Virus record (IMG/VR): IMGVR_UViG_2706795919_000001
Coordinates: 1-64,000 of that record
Length of the DNA: 64,000 nt
Reading direction: 5' to 3' (one strand)
From: a virus
Taxonomy: Duplodnaviria > Caudoviricetes
Shown here piece by piece: positions 29,417 to 38,387 of the stretch. Each line of letters starts with the position of its first letter. Positions within the stretch are counted from its first letter, which is position 1. The notes below the pieces were generated by a model, which did not search any database, was not told the DNA's origin, and saw nothing but the letters and a program-made list of their open reading frames with translations. The translations under genes and the position numbers were made by a program.

Positions 29417-30157
29417 TTAGACAGGAAAGGGGACGTTATTCCATACCCGCGAGTGAACTTCCACCAGCCAAGCGTTTACCACGTCCATGTCCGGGCGCAG
29501 CGGGAGCTTAGAGGTTTGCCCCGCCTCTTCGATCCGTTCGCGCCAGTAGACGATTTCCTCAAGAGCCTTAGCCTCGCTTAGCTCGCCATTGCGAACGCTT
29601 AGCAGAAAGTCGCGCGCGAGGTCGTGCATAGGCATGGTCATGGTTTGGTGGGTCAGCATTTCGTGGCCCTGAATCAGTAGCCGGATCGCGTGGAATGCGG
29701 CCTTAGTGTCGTAGCCGTGCTTAGCGATTAGTTCGGGCCGGTTAGTCCTGGGCGCGCGCACGCCGGTCAGCCGGTCGTACATGCCGTTGGCGTACCCGAC
29801 GTGGGTTACCGCGATCTGCCGGGACAGGAGGTTAGGCGCGAATGCCTGCAATCCGATTGTGTCGGGCCATGCCAGGTTCGGCGTGAATAGCAGCGTGTGG
29901 AGCGTCGGGTTACCCTTGACGATTTCGCTGACGAACTTCCGGAGGCCGTAGTAGACAATCTCCGTGTCTCCCGGCTCGCTCTTAACCCCTTCGGCCCGGT
30001 CCCGCACTTTGAACGCTCCACGGAGCGCTGAGAGGCCAATAAGCCCCTCTGGCGGGTCTGCGTAGACCGCGATGTAGTCGTGATCGCTCTCCGGCACCCC
30101 AAGGCCGTGTGCGATTGATCCGATTTCCCCCATGATGAGCGGCTGTACGTCAGCCAT
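29417..30157 (-). CDS. nucleotidyltransferase (Pol-beta superfamily, RlaP-like)
   Basis: GSIAHGL...SDHDY motif, KGNP, YDTKAAFHAIRLL. Confidence 0.88.
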   Translation of the reverse strand: MADVQPLIMGEIGSIAHGLGVPESDHDYIAVYADPPEGLIGLSALRGAFKVRDRAEGVKSEPGDTEIVYYGLRKFVSEIVKGNPTLHTLLFTPNLAWPDTIGLQAFAPNLLSRQIAVTHVGYANGMYDRLTGVRAPRTNRPELIAKHGYDTKAAFHAIRLLIQGHEMLTHQTMTMPMHDLARDFLLSVRNGELSEAKALEEIVYWRERIEEAGQTSKLPLRPDMDVVNAWLVEVHSRVWNNVPFPV

Positions 30158-30252
30158 CTTTCCCCCTAAACGGAGCTAGCCCCGGTGAATCCCCCTCCCA
30201 GAGGTCACCAGGGCTAGCGGTCCGTGTCGTACGTCCGTTGACGTACCCGCGT

Positions 30253-30693
30253 TTATGTACCCGAAAACGCAGGTTCGTCCTTCTTTGCGGTCGGCGCTTT
30301 CTTGGCCGGTGCGGCTTTCTTAGCCGGTTCCGGCTTGTCCTCGGACGTTGCGGCTTTCCATGCTCGCACGACCTCGGCGCTTACGCGACCCTTCTCCGCT
30401 ACGTCCATACCGTTTGCCTGTGCCCAGGCACGGATTTCCGCGAGCGGCAGACCCGGCTCCCCACCGGAATGCGTGATCCGCGTACCGCTGCGCTTACGCG
30501 CCCGGCCACTACCGGAGCCGGTACGGGAGGCCACTTCGGTCCACTTCGCCATGTCCTGATCGAACAGCTTCGCGTTCTTTTCGGACAGGTCCAGGTGGTA
30601 GCCGACGTTGCCAACCGAGAACTCGCGCTCGGTTTCCGCGTCCAGGGTGTCGTCCAGGTCATCGAACAGAGTGACCGTTACGCGCTTACCCAT
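30253..30693 (-). CDS. lsr2: Lsr2-like nucleoid-associated protein
   Basis: VTLFDDLD...YHLDLSEKN dimerisation domain; IRAWAQANGMDVAEKGRV DNA-binding domain. Confidence 0.92.
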   Translation of the reverse strand: MGKRVTVTLFDDLDDTLDAETEREFSVGNVGYHLDLSEKNAKLFDQDMAKWTEVASRTGSGSGRARKRSGTRITHSGGEPGLPLAEIRAWAQANGMDVAEKGRVSAEVVRAWKAATSEDKPEPAKKAAPAKKAPTAKKDEPAFSGT

Positions 30694-30780
30694 CGTTTCA
30701 TCCCTTCTCGGTTTTCGTATCCCATCTTGGTTTGGGTACGTGGTGTGACCACTAAAGCACCCCGGTTGCTAATCCGTCAA

Positions 30781-31164
30781 CTAGTGAAGCGGATTAGTTA
30801 GCGATTGAGCTATGTAGAGCACCAGCAGCGTTAGCAGCACGACCGCGACTGTACCCCCGATAAGCAGGGACATTCCCTTGGGGCGCTTACGACGCGCGGG
30901 CGGCTTAATGCGAGGGCCGCGTTCCTCTAACACTGGCGGGCGCGGACGAGGCCGGGGAGGCGTTAACCCACGCTCACGTTCTAGCAGGTAAGAGGGCGGA
31001 ATGCCCATAACCGTTCTACGGAATTCCTCGCGGTTCTTAGCGTAGCTCTGCACCATGCGTTCGTACTCGCGGCGCTGGCTCTGTGCGGCATTGATCATGG
31101 CTTGGCGCTCGCGCGTGATCTGCGCGTCAAGCTCCCGGAGGAAGTCGTCGGTGAACCTCGTCAT
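30781..31164 (-). CDS. membrane-anchored hypothetical protein
   Basis: C-terminal TM helix; GGAG RBS. Confidence 0.65.
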   Translation of the reverse strand: MTRFTDDFLRELDAQITRERQAMINAAQSQRREYERMVQSYAKNREEFRRTVMGIPPSYLLERERGLTPPRPRPRPPVLEERGPRIKPPARRKRPKGMSLLIGGTVAVVLLTLLVLYIAQSLTNPLH

Positions 31165-31439
31165 CGCGCGCGCGTGTCTCCTTCCGCACTTAACAGAGCG
31201 TGTGTTTTTAACTTGCTTGTTTAACTACTCAAGGTGACGTTCCGTAGGTGGTTAGCTCTTGTCGTTGCGGTAGTGGGGAACGGCACTAGCAGAGGGTCTT
31301 TAAAGAGCATCTGCATTTTTGAAGCGATATGGAATTAATAAAGAAATCTCTTAGGGTCGTCTTACCGCTCTGGGGTTGTCCCAGCGTGTCCGCAGGTGCT
31401 AGAAGCGCACCCTTCTTAACCTGCGGGGATGCCACGCGA

Positions 31440-31680
31440 CCAGGGCCGAAAGGTAAAGTTTTAGGTATAGCGACTCCGGAAAACGCTCTGACCTGCATGT
31501 TCTTAAGGTCACCGAAGGCTTAAAAGTCTAGAGGTAACACCCCCGCACGCCCTGGTGTAGTCTGTCAAACACGCAGCTAAGAGGCTTAACGGACGCCTAT
31601 GCAACCCTATGCAGGCACACGCTAAGTGATAGCTGTTAGGTATAGTTCGGCAGGTTTCGGCACCAGTGGAGGTACAGCGA
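31440..31680. mobile_element. probable attP region
   Basis: Non-coding DNA upstream of int; TTAGGTATAG at 31461 and 31636, tandem CCTATGCA (~31596-31613); TTAAAAGTC at 31520-31528 is the reverse complement of a tRNA-Lys(UUU) anticodon loop sequence. Confidence 0.55.
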
Positions 31681-31682
31681 AA

Positions 31683-32990
31683 GTGGCAGAGAACACAGCG
31701 AAATCTAAGAGACGGGCGAGGGGCGACGGTGGCCTGTTTTGGTCCGAGTCTCAGCAGTTGTGGATCGGCCAGGTGTGGATCACCGGCAGGGACGGCAACC
31801 CGAAACAGAAGCGCGTCAGCAGCCGGGTCAAGAGCACCGCTCAACAGAAGCTCAACAAGCTCCGCGCGGACGTACTCAACGGCAAGGTTCACGACGGACC
31901 CAACAAAGGGCAGACCGTTAGCGACTGGCTGGACTACTGGCTGACCGTTAAGAAGCGGGAGAACCGGCCAGGCGGCTACCAGTCCTACGAGGGCACGGCC
32001 CGGCTGTACCTCAAGCCGCACCTGGGCGATATCCGGCTAGACAAGCTCACGACGCCTCAGGTGCGCTCTATGCTCGCCGCGCTACAGGACGGCACCGGAG
32101 ACACCAAGGGGTCCACGCGGAACGCTCAGAAGGCGTATCAGGCGCTTAACAACGCACTCAAGCTCGCGGTGGACGAGGGCGAGATTGAGCGCAACGCGTG
32201 CGACCCGATCAAGATGCCCAAGCACGTCAAGCAACAGCGCGGCGCGTTTGAGACAAGCGCGGCGGTCCATGTCCTCAAGACGGCGGCGGCGCGGGACGAC
32301 GAGAACCACCCACGGAGGCCGAAGCTCGCTAGCCGGTGGGTGGCCGCGTTCATGACCGGCGCGCGGCAGGCCGAATGCTTAGGGCTGGAATGGGATCGCG
32401 TTGACTTCGATAAGGGATTCTTGGATATCTCCTGGCAGCTACAGCGGCTTAAGTACGCGCACGGCTGCGGGACCAAGCCAGACGGATCGCCTAAGTGCGG
32501 TAAGGAACGGGTGGGCTTCTGCCCGGCTAAGAAAGAGGACTTCCCGCCCGGCTTTGAGTACCGGCACTGCCACCGGTCCCTGTTCTGGACGCGGCCTAAG
32601 ACGCTAGCGGGGGAGCGGTTTATCCCGATGGCACCGCTACTGCTTGAGAGCCTTAAGGTCCATAAGCGGATGGACACGGACCCCAATCCGCACGGTCTGG
32701 TGTGGCATCACCGGGACGGTAGGCCGCTAAGCCAAGAGGACGACAACCAGGAGTGGAACATGCTCATGGCGGCGTCTGGGATCGAAAAGAAGTCGCGCGA
32801 GGTCGTGTTGCACGAAGCGCGGAATACGGCGGCGACGATGCTCCTAGAGAGCGGCATTGACGCGAAGGTCATTCAGAGCATCTTGGGCCATGCGTCCATC
32901 TTGCAGACGCGTGAGTATCAGCGGGTGAGTTTGGAGTTGAGTAAGAGCGCCGTCGCTAACGCGTTCGACGCTCTACTTCCGAAGGCTTAG
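31683..32990 (+). CDS. int: tyrosine integrase
   Basis: RRARGDGGL arm-binding N-terminus; TGARQAE, HEAR, LGH, Y catalytic residues; GTG at 31683 after GGAGG. Confidence 0.95.
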   Translation: MAENTAKSKRRARGDGGLFWSESQQLWIGQVWITGRDGNPKQKRVSSRVKSTAQQKLNKLRADVLNGKVHDGPNKGQTVSDWLDYWLTVKKRENRPGGYQSYEGTARLYLKPHLGDIRLDKLTTPQVRSMLAALQDGTGDTKGSTRNAQKAYQALNNALKLAVDEGEIERNACDPIKMPKHVKQQRGAFETSAAVHVLKTAAARDDENHPRRPKLASRWVAAFMTGARQAECLGLEWDRVDFDKGFLDISWQLQRLKYAHGCGTKPDGSPKCGKERVGFCPAKKEDFPPGFEYRHCHRSLFWTRPKTLAGERFIPMAPLLLESLKVHKRMDTDPNPHGLVWHHRDGRPLSQEDDNQEWNMLMAASGIEKKSREVVLHEARNTAATMLLESGIDAKVIQSILGHASILQTREYQRVSLELSKSAVANAFDALLPKA

Positions 32991-33775
32991 TGAGATTCCA
33001 GTTGGGGCTTAGGCTGCTTACGCGTCTTAAGCACGTCGGCGTAAGTAGCCTTGCCCCTGCGGACCTTTTTCCAGAGTCCGGTTTTCATGTGGCGCTGCTT
33101 GAGTCGCCATGAGATTGCAGAAGTGATTCCGAAGCCGCACGCAGCGAGCGCCGTGAGTCCCCAAGCGTGGCGCGCGTAGTCGATGTTGTAGAGCACGCCC
33201 AAGATGCGCTCCGCACCGGCCAGAAGGGCAACGAAGCAGCAGCCAAGATAGGCGCGCATGATGCCGCGCGAGCGCGGGTCGGTGAGCTTAATGATCATGA
33301 GCAGACGGCCAATCTGGAAAATCCACCAGCCGAAAGCTGCCGTCAGGAGCGCGTCAACAACGCGGTCGCTAAGCGTGTAGAACGCGCCGATAAGCGTAGG
33401 GCTGATGAGCGTGACCGGGAGCGTGATGTTGCGCGTTACCCAGCGCATCCGCTCGTCCTCGTCATAGTCCAGCCGGGACGCAAGCGAGTACAGGAACGCG
33501 GCCATGCCCATAAGGACGAAGCCGTCACCGATGATCTGGGGGAGCGGCAGAAGCTCGTCCACTAAGCCCAACTCCGGCCAGATGACCTGCCGCACAAACG
33601 GCGATCCCAGCGTCAGGCCGAAGGTGCAGCACGCGCCGCAGAACGTCGTCGCGGACTCCCACCGGCAGCGCCAGGTAGCTCGTCGCGTCCATTGGATATA
33701 CGCCGAAGCCAGAAACACACCGATAAGGATGAGGTTGTAGTACCGGAGGTCCAAAGTGACGAACGACGAGGACAT
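32987..33775 (-). CDS. multi-pass membrane protein
   Basis: About 7 hydrophobic segments; downstream of repressor; start chosen at MSSSFV. Confidence 0.75.
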   Translation of the reverse strand: MSSSFVTLDLRYYNLILIGVFLASAYIQWTRRATWRCRWESATTFCGACCTFGLTLGSPFVRQVIWPELGLVDELLPLPQIIGDGFVLMGMAAFLYSLASRLDYDEDERMRWVTRNITLPVTLISPTLIGAFYTLSDRVVDALLTAAFGWWIFQIGRLLMIIKLTDPRSRGIMRAYLGCCFVALLAGAERILGVLYNIDYARHAWGLTALAACGFGITSAISWRLKQRHMKTGLWKKVRRGKATYADVLKTRKQPKPQLESH

Positions 33776-33940
33776 ACGCGATGGGCTTTCTCGAACACGC
33801 CAGCCATGTCTAGACGGGCGCAATGTGGGAGGGGGACTGCACTGCTTATCGCTGTTGCGTAGCTACGCGTTACAGCGGGTGTACGCCTTGGGAATGTAGT
33901 CCCATATTTGGGAATAGCGCAAGCCCAAGGCGCTGCCCCA

Positions 33941-34324
33941 TCACATTGGCGGGCTGTCGAGCCGCGCCCTGACCCGTCGCCGCCTACTGCGGACTGCTCG
34001 GCGGGTCACTGTCGGAGGGTGGGGCTGTTCGTAATCCTCACCGCCCTCAACGTCAACCACGCCCGCGTCTGCGAGGTAGTCAACAAGCTCTTGCTCGTCT
34101 AGGTGGCCGAAGCGCACCAGCAAGTCCACCTTGTTAAGGCCGAACGCGTCGGCAATGAGCATGAGGTTAGGCACGCTGTTGAGCACGCCCTTGTCCCTCT
34201 GCTCGTAGTAAGTAGAGCGGGACATGCCCAGCGCGCTAAGCGCCTCCTGCATTCGTACCTGCCGTCTGAGCAGGTAGGACACGACCACCAGTAGGTCGTT
34301 GTCCTGATCGTTTTTGGCCGACAT
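33941..34324 (-). CDS. immunity repressor (HTH)
   Basis: ALSALGMSRSTYY HTH; divergent from Cro-like gene. Confidence 0.8.
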   Translation of the reverse strand: MSAKNDQDNDLLVVVSYLLRRQVRMQEALSALGMSRSTYYEQRDKGVLNSVPNLMLIADAFGLNKVDLLVRFGHLDEQELVDYLADAGVVDVEGGEDYEQPHPPTVTRRAVRSRRRRVRARLDSPPM

Positions 34325-34335
34325 GCCGCTCAGTG

Positions 34336-34420
34336 TGTCGGATTTTCCGGACAACCGCAACCGGTCCTGACCTGCGAGAGCAAAGTCACATGGATGTAAT
34401 TTTGTCCGATTTTCCGGACA
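34336..34420. promoter_or_regulatory. two operator sites in the rep/cro intergenic region
   Basis: TGTCGGATTTTCCGGACA (34336-34353) and TGTCCGATTTTCCGGACA (34403-34420). Confidence 0.75.
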
Positions 34421-34462
34421 CGTTTGACCCTGAGTCGGACTGGGTATGTTACGTTTCTTTCC

Positions 34463-34762
34463 GTGCCGATCACCCCTCCCAACACCGCAAACCACAACAT
34501 CGAATGGATTCCCCAAGCAGTCGAGAACCTGCTTCATAACCACGACATAATGACGCGCAACGAGCTTGCCAAAGTGCTCGGAGTTGCCAGGTCTACGGTC
34601 TACGGCGCATTTGCCGAGGACTGGACTGGTGAGCCGTCAATCAAGATGCTCGCTCAGATGGCCGGATACTTCCGCGTGCCTATCGGATCGCTCGTCACTG
34701 AGCCTGGGCGTAAGGCCGCTAAGCGCGAGTCACGGCGTGTAAATGTCCGGAGGATCGCATGA
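34463..34762 (+). CDS. Cro-like HTH protein
   Basis: TRNELAKVLGVARSTVY HTH; start uncertain (GTG 34463, possibly leaderless, or ATG 34550). Confidence 0.8.
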   Translation: MPITPPNTANHNIEWIPQAVENLLHNHDIMTRNELAKVLGVARSTVYGAFAEDWTGEPSIKMLAQMAGYFRVPIGSLVTEPGRKAAKRESRRVNVRRIA

Positions 34763-34977
34763 GCACCGCCACCCTGAGCAATCCGGAAAATCTGACACAG
34801 CCACTCATGGTGACCCGCCAGGACGCGGCCCGGCTCCTGGGCCTGAGCCTGCGCGAGGTCGATAACCTCCGCGCTTCCGGTCGCCTGATGGCAAAGAAGC
34901 ACGGCTCCAAAGTCCTGTTCCCCCGCGCTGAGCTTGAGCGCTTCGTTAACGACCTGCCTTGGGAGGTTGACCAGTGA
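34759..34977 (+). CDS. xis: excisionase (HTH_17-like)
   Basis: VTRQDAARLLGLS...VLFPRAELERFV; follows Cro. Confidence 0.8.
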   Translation: MSTATLSNPENLTQPLMVTRQDAARLLGLSLREVDNLRASGRLMAKKHGSKVLFPRAELERFVNDLPWEVDQ

Positions 34978-35369
34978 CCGATCAGCCCGAACTTGAGTTC
35001 CCGTTTCACATGCAGTTGACCGAACCCGACTACGACTCCGCTAAGGCGCTTAAGGACGCGCTAGAGCTTCTAAGAAAGGATGGATGGGGACGTGGAAAGT
35101 TTCACGATGAGTCCACAGGCAAGCGCGACTCTCTTGGGGCGCTCGGAGCGCCATTCGGGACAACCCGTCCAGAGGCAGTCGATTACCTCGCCTACGCCGT
35201 GCGGATGCGTGACGGCGCTCCCCCTATCCCGGCAAGCATGGACCCGCAGCGCGTCGTCATCAACTGGAACGACGGCTTCCGGCGCAAGTTCTCAGAAGTC
35301 GAGTCCGTGTTCAAAGCAGCTATTCGCTACGCAGAGGGTAAGGGCGTCTCAGTGCGACCGGGCCGTTAG
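34974..35369 (+). CDS. hypothetical protein
   Basis: GW...DSLGAL...WND...EVESVF pattern common in actinophage early genes. Confidence 0.7.
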   Translation: MTDQPELEFPFHMQLTEPDYDSAKALKDALELLRKDGWGRGKFHDESTGKRDSLGALGAPFGTTRPEAVDYLAYAVRMRDGAPPIPASMDPQRVVINWNDGFRRKFSEVESVFKAAIRYAEGKGVSVRPGR

Positions 35370-35540
35370 GGACACGGTTCTCTGCGCGCTCTCGTTAGCG
35401 GCTCTGATCCTCATTGGAGCCATCGTTCTTAACGCTTGGTTTGGAGGCTGGTTCTAATGGAGTCATGCGCTGTAATCAGTAGCCCTATTATTTCCGATAG
35501 GCGACTCTTCCCGTTATCCTATAAAGGTGAGGGTGAGGGG

Positions 35541-35864
35541 ATGAGAAAGTTCAAGGACGTGATCGCGGAAGCGCGAATGGTCGCAATGCTTAACCCTCTT
35601 GGTCGCAATGAGAATGCGGCTTACACGGAGAGGGACGGAGAGCCATGCTGCATCTTCGGTCACGCCCTTGAACGCCTGGGAATCGGTATCGCGTCCTGGG
35701 AAGTGCTTAACAACTTCACGCTCGCTGAACTGCCTTGGGCCGACTTCGGCTTTGAGGAACCTAATGCCTACCAAATTCTTTGGACTACTAAGGTCCAAGC
35801 CGCTGCGGACAACGGGGACGCGTGGATCATCGCAATTGCGATGGCTGACGCAACCCTGATCTAA
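35541..35864 (+). CDS. hypothetical protein
   Basis: GAGGGG RBS before ATG 35541; PCCIFGHAL...QAAADNG..W. Confidence 0.65.
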   Translation: MRKFKDVIAEARMVAMLNPLGRNENAAYTERDGEPCCIFGHALERLGIGIASWEVLNNFTLAELPWADFGFEEPNAYQILWTTKVQAAADNGDAWIIAIAMADATLI

Positions 35865-36043
35865 GCAGCACTTAGTAACAACCATACGTAGTTGACCTCT
35901 ACGAACTAACCCCGTCGCCGGGGAGCCTGTGAACATGTACCGGGCTGCTGAGTGGTTCGCCAGCAAGTAAGTCAACGTGAGTACGTAACGCGGATGAACC
36001 GGTCCCTATAGGTGAAAGCCCATAGCAGCCGGAGAACGCGGGA

Positions 36044-36143
36044 GCGATGAGTAGCGGTTAGTGCCAGATCGGCGGCTACAAGCAAGGGCTATGGGTGAAA
36101 GTGATTGCCTAGCTTACGGGTGCAACCCCCGTTCATCGCACCA
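36044..36143 (+). ncRNA. tRNA-like structured RNA ending in CCA
   Basis: GCGATGA/TCATCGC acceptor stem + ACCA; T-arm-like ACGGG-TGCAACC-CCCGT; no canonical anticodon arm. Confidence 0.55.
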
Positions 36144-36287
36144 GGCCGGGGCGGTCGAGACGCACGGAACGACGGGCATCGTTCTTAAGGGGCGCGGACG
36201 CGTAAGGGTGTGACGCTACGCAGCACCGCTGCTGCTCCCCCCCGGCCATTCTCTTAAGTCACCACAACCACAACGAAAGGGCACGCA

Positions 36288-36650
36288 ATGACGGGTGTTA
36301 TCTATCTCGGTGAGCCAACCGGCCCACGACTGCGGTCCTTAAGCCTCGCTAAGACGCGGGAGCTTGACGCGTGGTTGACGAACGCAATGAGCTACGGCGC
36401 GTCCAAGCACGATAAGGACCTGCCGGTGGATTACACGCGAGCGCTAAGCACGCTGGCGCAGCGCCGGGGTATCCGGTTCCACTTCAACGGGGACCGTATG
36501 CGCGTACCGGGTGAGGTCCCGTTGGGATCGAACATTCCCGGCTGTGTGGGTGGCTCAAAACGAAAGATCACCGTTACCGACGAACGCGCGATTGCATCGA
36601 AACATGGACAGGCCGTCGAACCGTGGAATATGCGGGATTGGCGGGAATAG
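36288..36650 (+). CDS. hypothetical protein
   Basis: 120-aa ORF, AAAGGG RBS. Confidence 0.65.
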   Translation: MTGVIYLGEPTGPRLRSLSLAKTRELDAWLTNAMSYGASKHDKDLPVDYTRALSTLAQRRGIRFHFNGDRMRVPGEVPLGSNIPGCVGGSKRKITVTDERAIASKHGQAVEPWNMRDWRE

Positions 36651-36700
36651 TTGACACCTTCCGTACATGCCGTGTACGGTATCAATCAGTGGAGGTCCGA

Positions 36701-36862
36701 ATGGCCCAACTCTCCTGCGAACTGAATTGCGGGGCTAGCTACACCGAGGAATACCAGCTTCACCTTCACCACTACGCATCCGAAAAGGGCATCCTTCCCA
36801 CCTGTGGTAAGGGCCGCGAGCGAAAGGCGCGCAATGCCGAGCGAGGAAATCAGGTCGCCTGA
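36701..36862 (+). CDS. small Cys/His (Zn-finger-like) protein
   Basis: GGAGG RBS; CELNC...HLHH...C. Confidence 0.5.
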   Translation: MAQLSCELNCGASYTEEYQLHLHHYASEKGILPTCGKGRERKARNAERGNQVA

Positions 36863-37643
36863 CAAGCTGATGCTTGCCGGTGACTGGCACGGTAACTTGC
36901 CGTGGGCGTTCAAGGCGCTGCACTACGCGAAGTCAAACGGCGCAGACACGATTCTGCATGTCGGGGACTTCGGGTTCTGGCAGACCGCTAACCCGCGCAC
37001 CGTGCAGTTCCTAAGCGAGGTCGATAAGGAGCTTAAGGCTCTTAGCATCGAACTGCTTTGGGTTGACGGCAATCATGAGGATCACGCGTTCTGGAACGGC
37101 TTCAACCGTCCGGACTCGGAGCCGGTCACGCTCTCGTCTTGCTCCAACATCACACACCTTCCGCGCGGTTACCGCTGGGAGTGGTGGGGCGATACGTGGA
37201 TGGCTCTTGGCGGCGCTCATTCGATCAATCGGAGCTTCTGCACGCCGGGCGTGGACTGGTGGCCGGGCGAGTGGATTGACGACGAGCAACTTGAGTACGC
37301 GTGCCGTCCCGGCAAGGTGGACATAATCGTGGCCCACGATGCGCCGGAGGCTGTGACCATTCCCGGCATCGTTCCCGGCAAGCCGGTCTACATGCACATT
37401 GGCGGCATGAAGCGGCGGGTCCCGCAAGCGGACCTGCTTAAGGCTGAGGAACACCGGGCGCGCATTCAGACCGTGTGCGACGAGGTTAAGCCGGTGGAGT
37501 TCTACCACGGCCATTACCACAAGGCGTACAACGCGCTGGCCCGCGTTAAGGGCGGCAGCTACGTCAACGTGCGCGGGCTGGACAAAGACGAAACAACTAT
37601 GGCAGCGAACACCCATTTCATCACGGAAGGTTTGAACGACTAA
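36834..37643 (+). CDS. metallophosphoesterase (calcineurin-like)
   Basis: GDWHG, HVGDFG, DGNHE, HDAP, HGHYH motifs. Confidence 0.9.
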   Translation: MPSEEIRSPDKLMLAGDWHGNLPWAFKALHYAKSNGADTILHVGDFGFWQTANPRTVQFLSEVDKELKALSIELLWVDGNHEDHAFWNGFNRPDSEPVTLSSCSNITHLPRGYRWEWWGDTWMALGGAHSINRSFCTPGVDWWPGEWIDDEQLEYACRPGKVDIIVAHDAPEAVTIPGIVPGKPVYMHIGGMKRRVPQADLLKAEEHRARIQTVCDEVKPVEFYHGHYHKAYNALARVKGGSYVNVRGLDKDETTMAANTHFITEGLND

Positions 37644-37861
37644 TGCTGGACACCGCAGAGCGAAAGGTCACCCGTCGTCCGGACGGTGACCTGACGATTG
37701 AGGGCACAAGCGTTTGGATGCCCGCCGACCCTAAGGCGCTCGCCCAGGAGCGCGCGGAGGTCATGCAGCGGCTCGCTGATTTGACGCGGGCTGAGTTGTT
37801 CCTTGCCACGACACCTAAGCCCACCTACATGTTCAAGGGGGATTACTACCGTGAGGGCTAG
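37643..37861 (+). CDS. hypothetical protein
   Basis: 72 aa, translationally coupled (TAATG). Confidence 0.6.
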   Translation: MLDTAERKVTRRPDGDLTIEGTSVWMPADPKALAQERAEVMQRLADLTRAELFLATTPKPTYMFKGDYYREG

Positions 37862-38058
37862 TGAGCGCCTAGAGCAGCGCAACGACATTCTGGAAGTCAT
37901 CGCCCAGATAGATGACGACCTTAAGGGGCTTACTTACGATAAGTCTTTCCGGTCTGCCCAACAGGCGCGGGAAATGTTGGAAACGCGGCACGAACTGTCG
38001 CGCGAGTTGCAATCGCTCGGGTTCCAAGCACCTGAGCTTGACGAAAGGTTGCGGAACC

Positions 38059-38316
38059 GTGAGGGCACTCTTAGCTCTCGTCGTCCTCGCTTTGGTGGTG
38101 GCGACGATCCTTCTCGTACTGGCGTGGTTGCGAAACGCCGTATTGGCCCGGCGAGCGCGAGCTAAGGCGCTTACCGACAAGTACCCGCTTCTGGGCGTGC
38201 TTAAGGGCGCGGACCGTAAGCGCTACTTGGCTGAGCTAGTCGAGCGGGAGCAAGAAGAGTACGACGAGGATAAGCACGAACGCTTCGTGGATATCCTCAA
38301 GCGCACTAACTCATAA
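38059..38316 (+). CDS. membrane protein
   Basis: N-terminal TM helix; GAAAGG RBS. Confidence 0.6.
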   Translation: MRALLALVVLALVVATILLVLAWLRNAVLARRARAKALTDKYPLLGVLKGADRKRYLAELVEREQEEYDEDKHERFVDILKRTNS

Positions 38317-38334
38317 CTGAATATCGCATCCGAA

Positions 38335-38372
38335 AAGGGACCCCTGAGGCTACGGCTTCGGGGGTCCTTTCC
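38335..38372. terminator. hairpin terminator
   Basis: AAAGGGACCCCTGAGGC-TACG-GCTTCGGGGGTCCTTT. Confidence 0.65.
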
Positions 38373-38387
38373 TATGAAAGGGAAAAG

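Noticed and set aside
31626-31682. Longer integrase start at 31626
   Set aside because: Overlaps arm-type repeats and lacks an RBS; GTG at 31683 follows GGAGG.
36044-36143. tmRNA or canonical tRNA
   Set aside because: Too short for tmRNA, no G3-U70 pair or tag ORF, and no 7-nt anticodon loop; kept only as tRNA-like.
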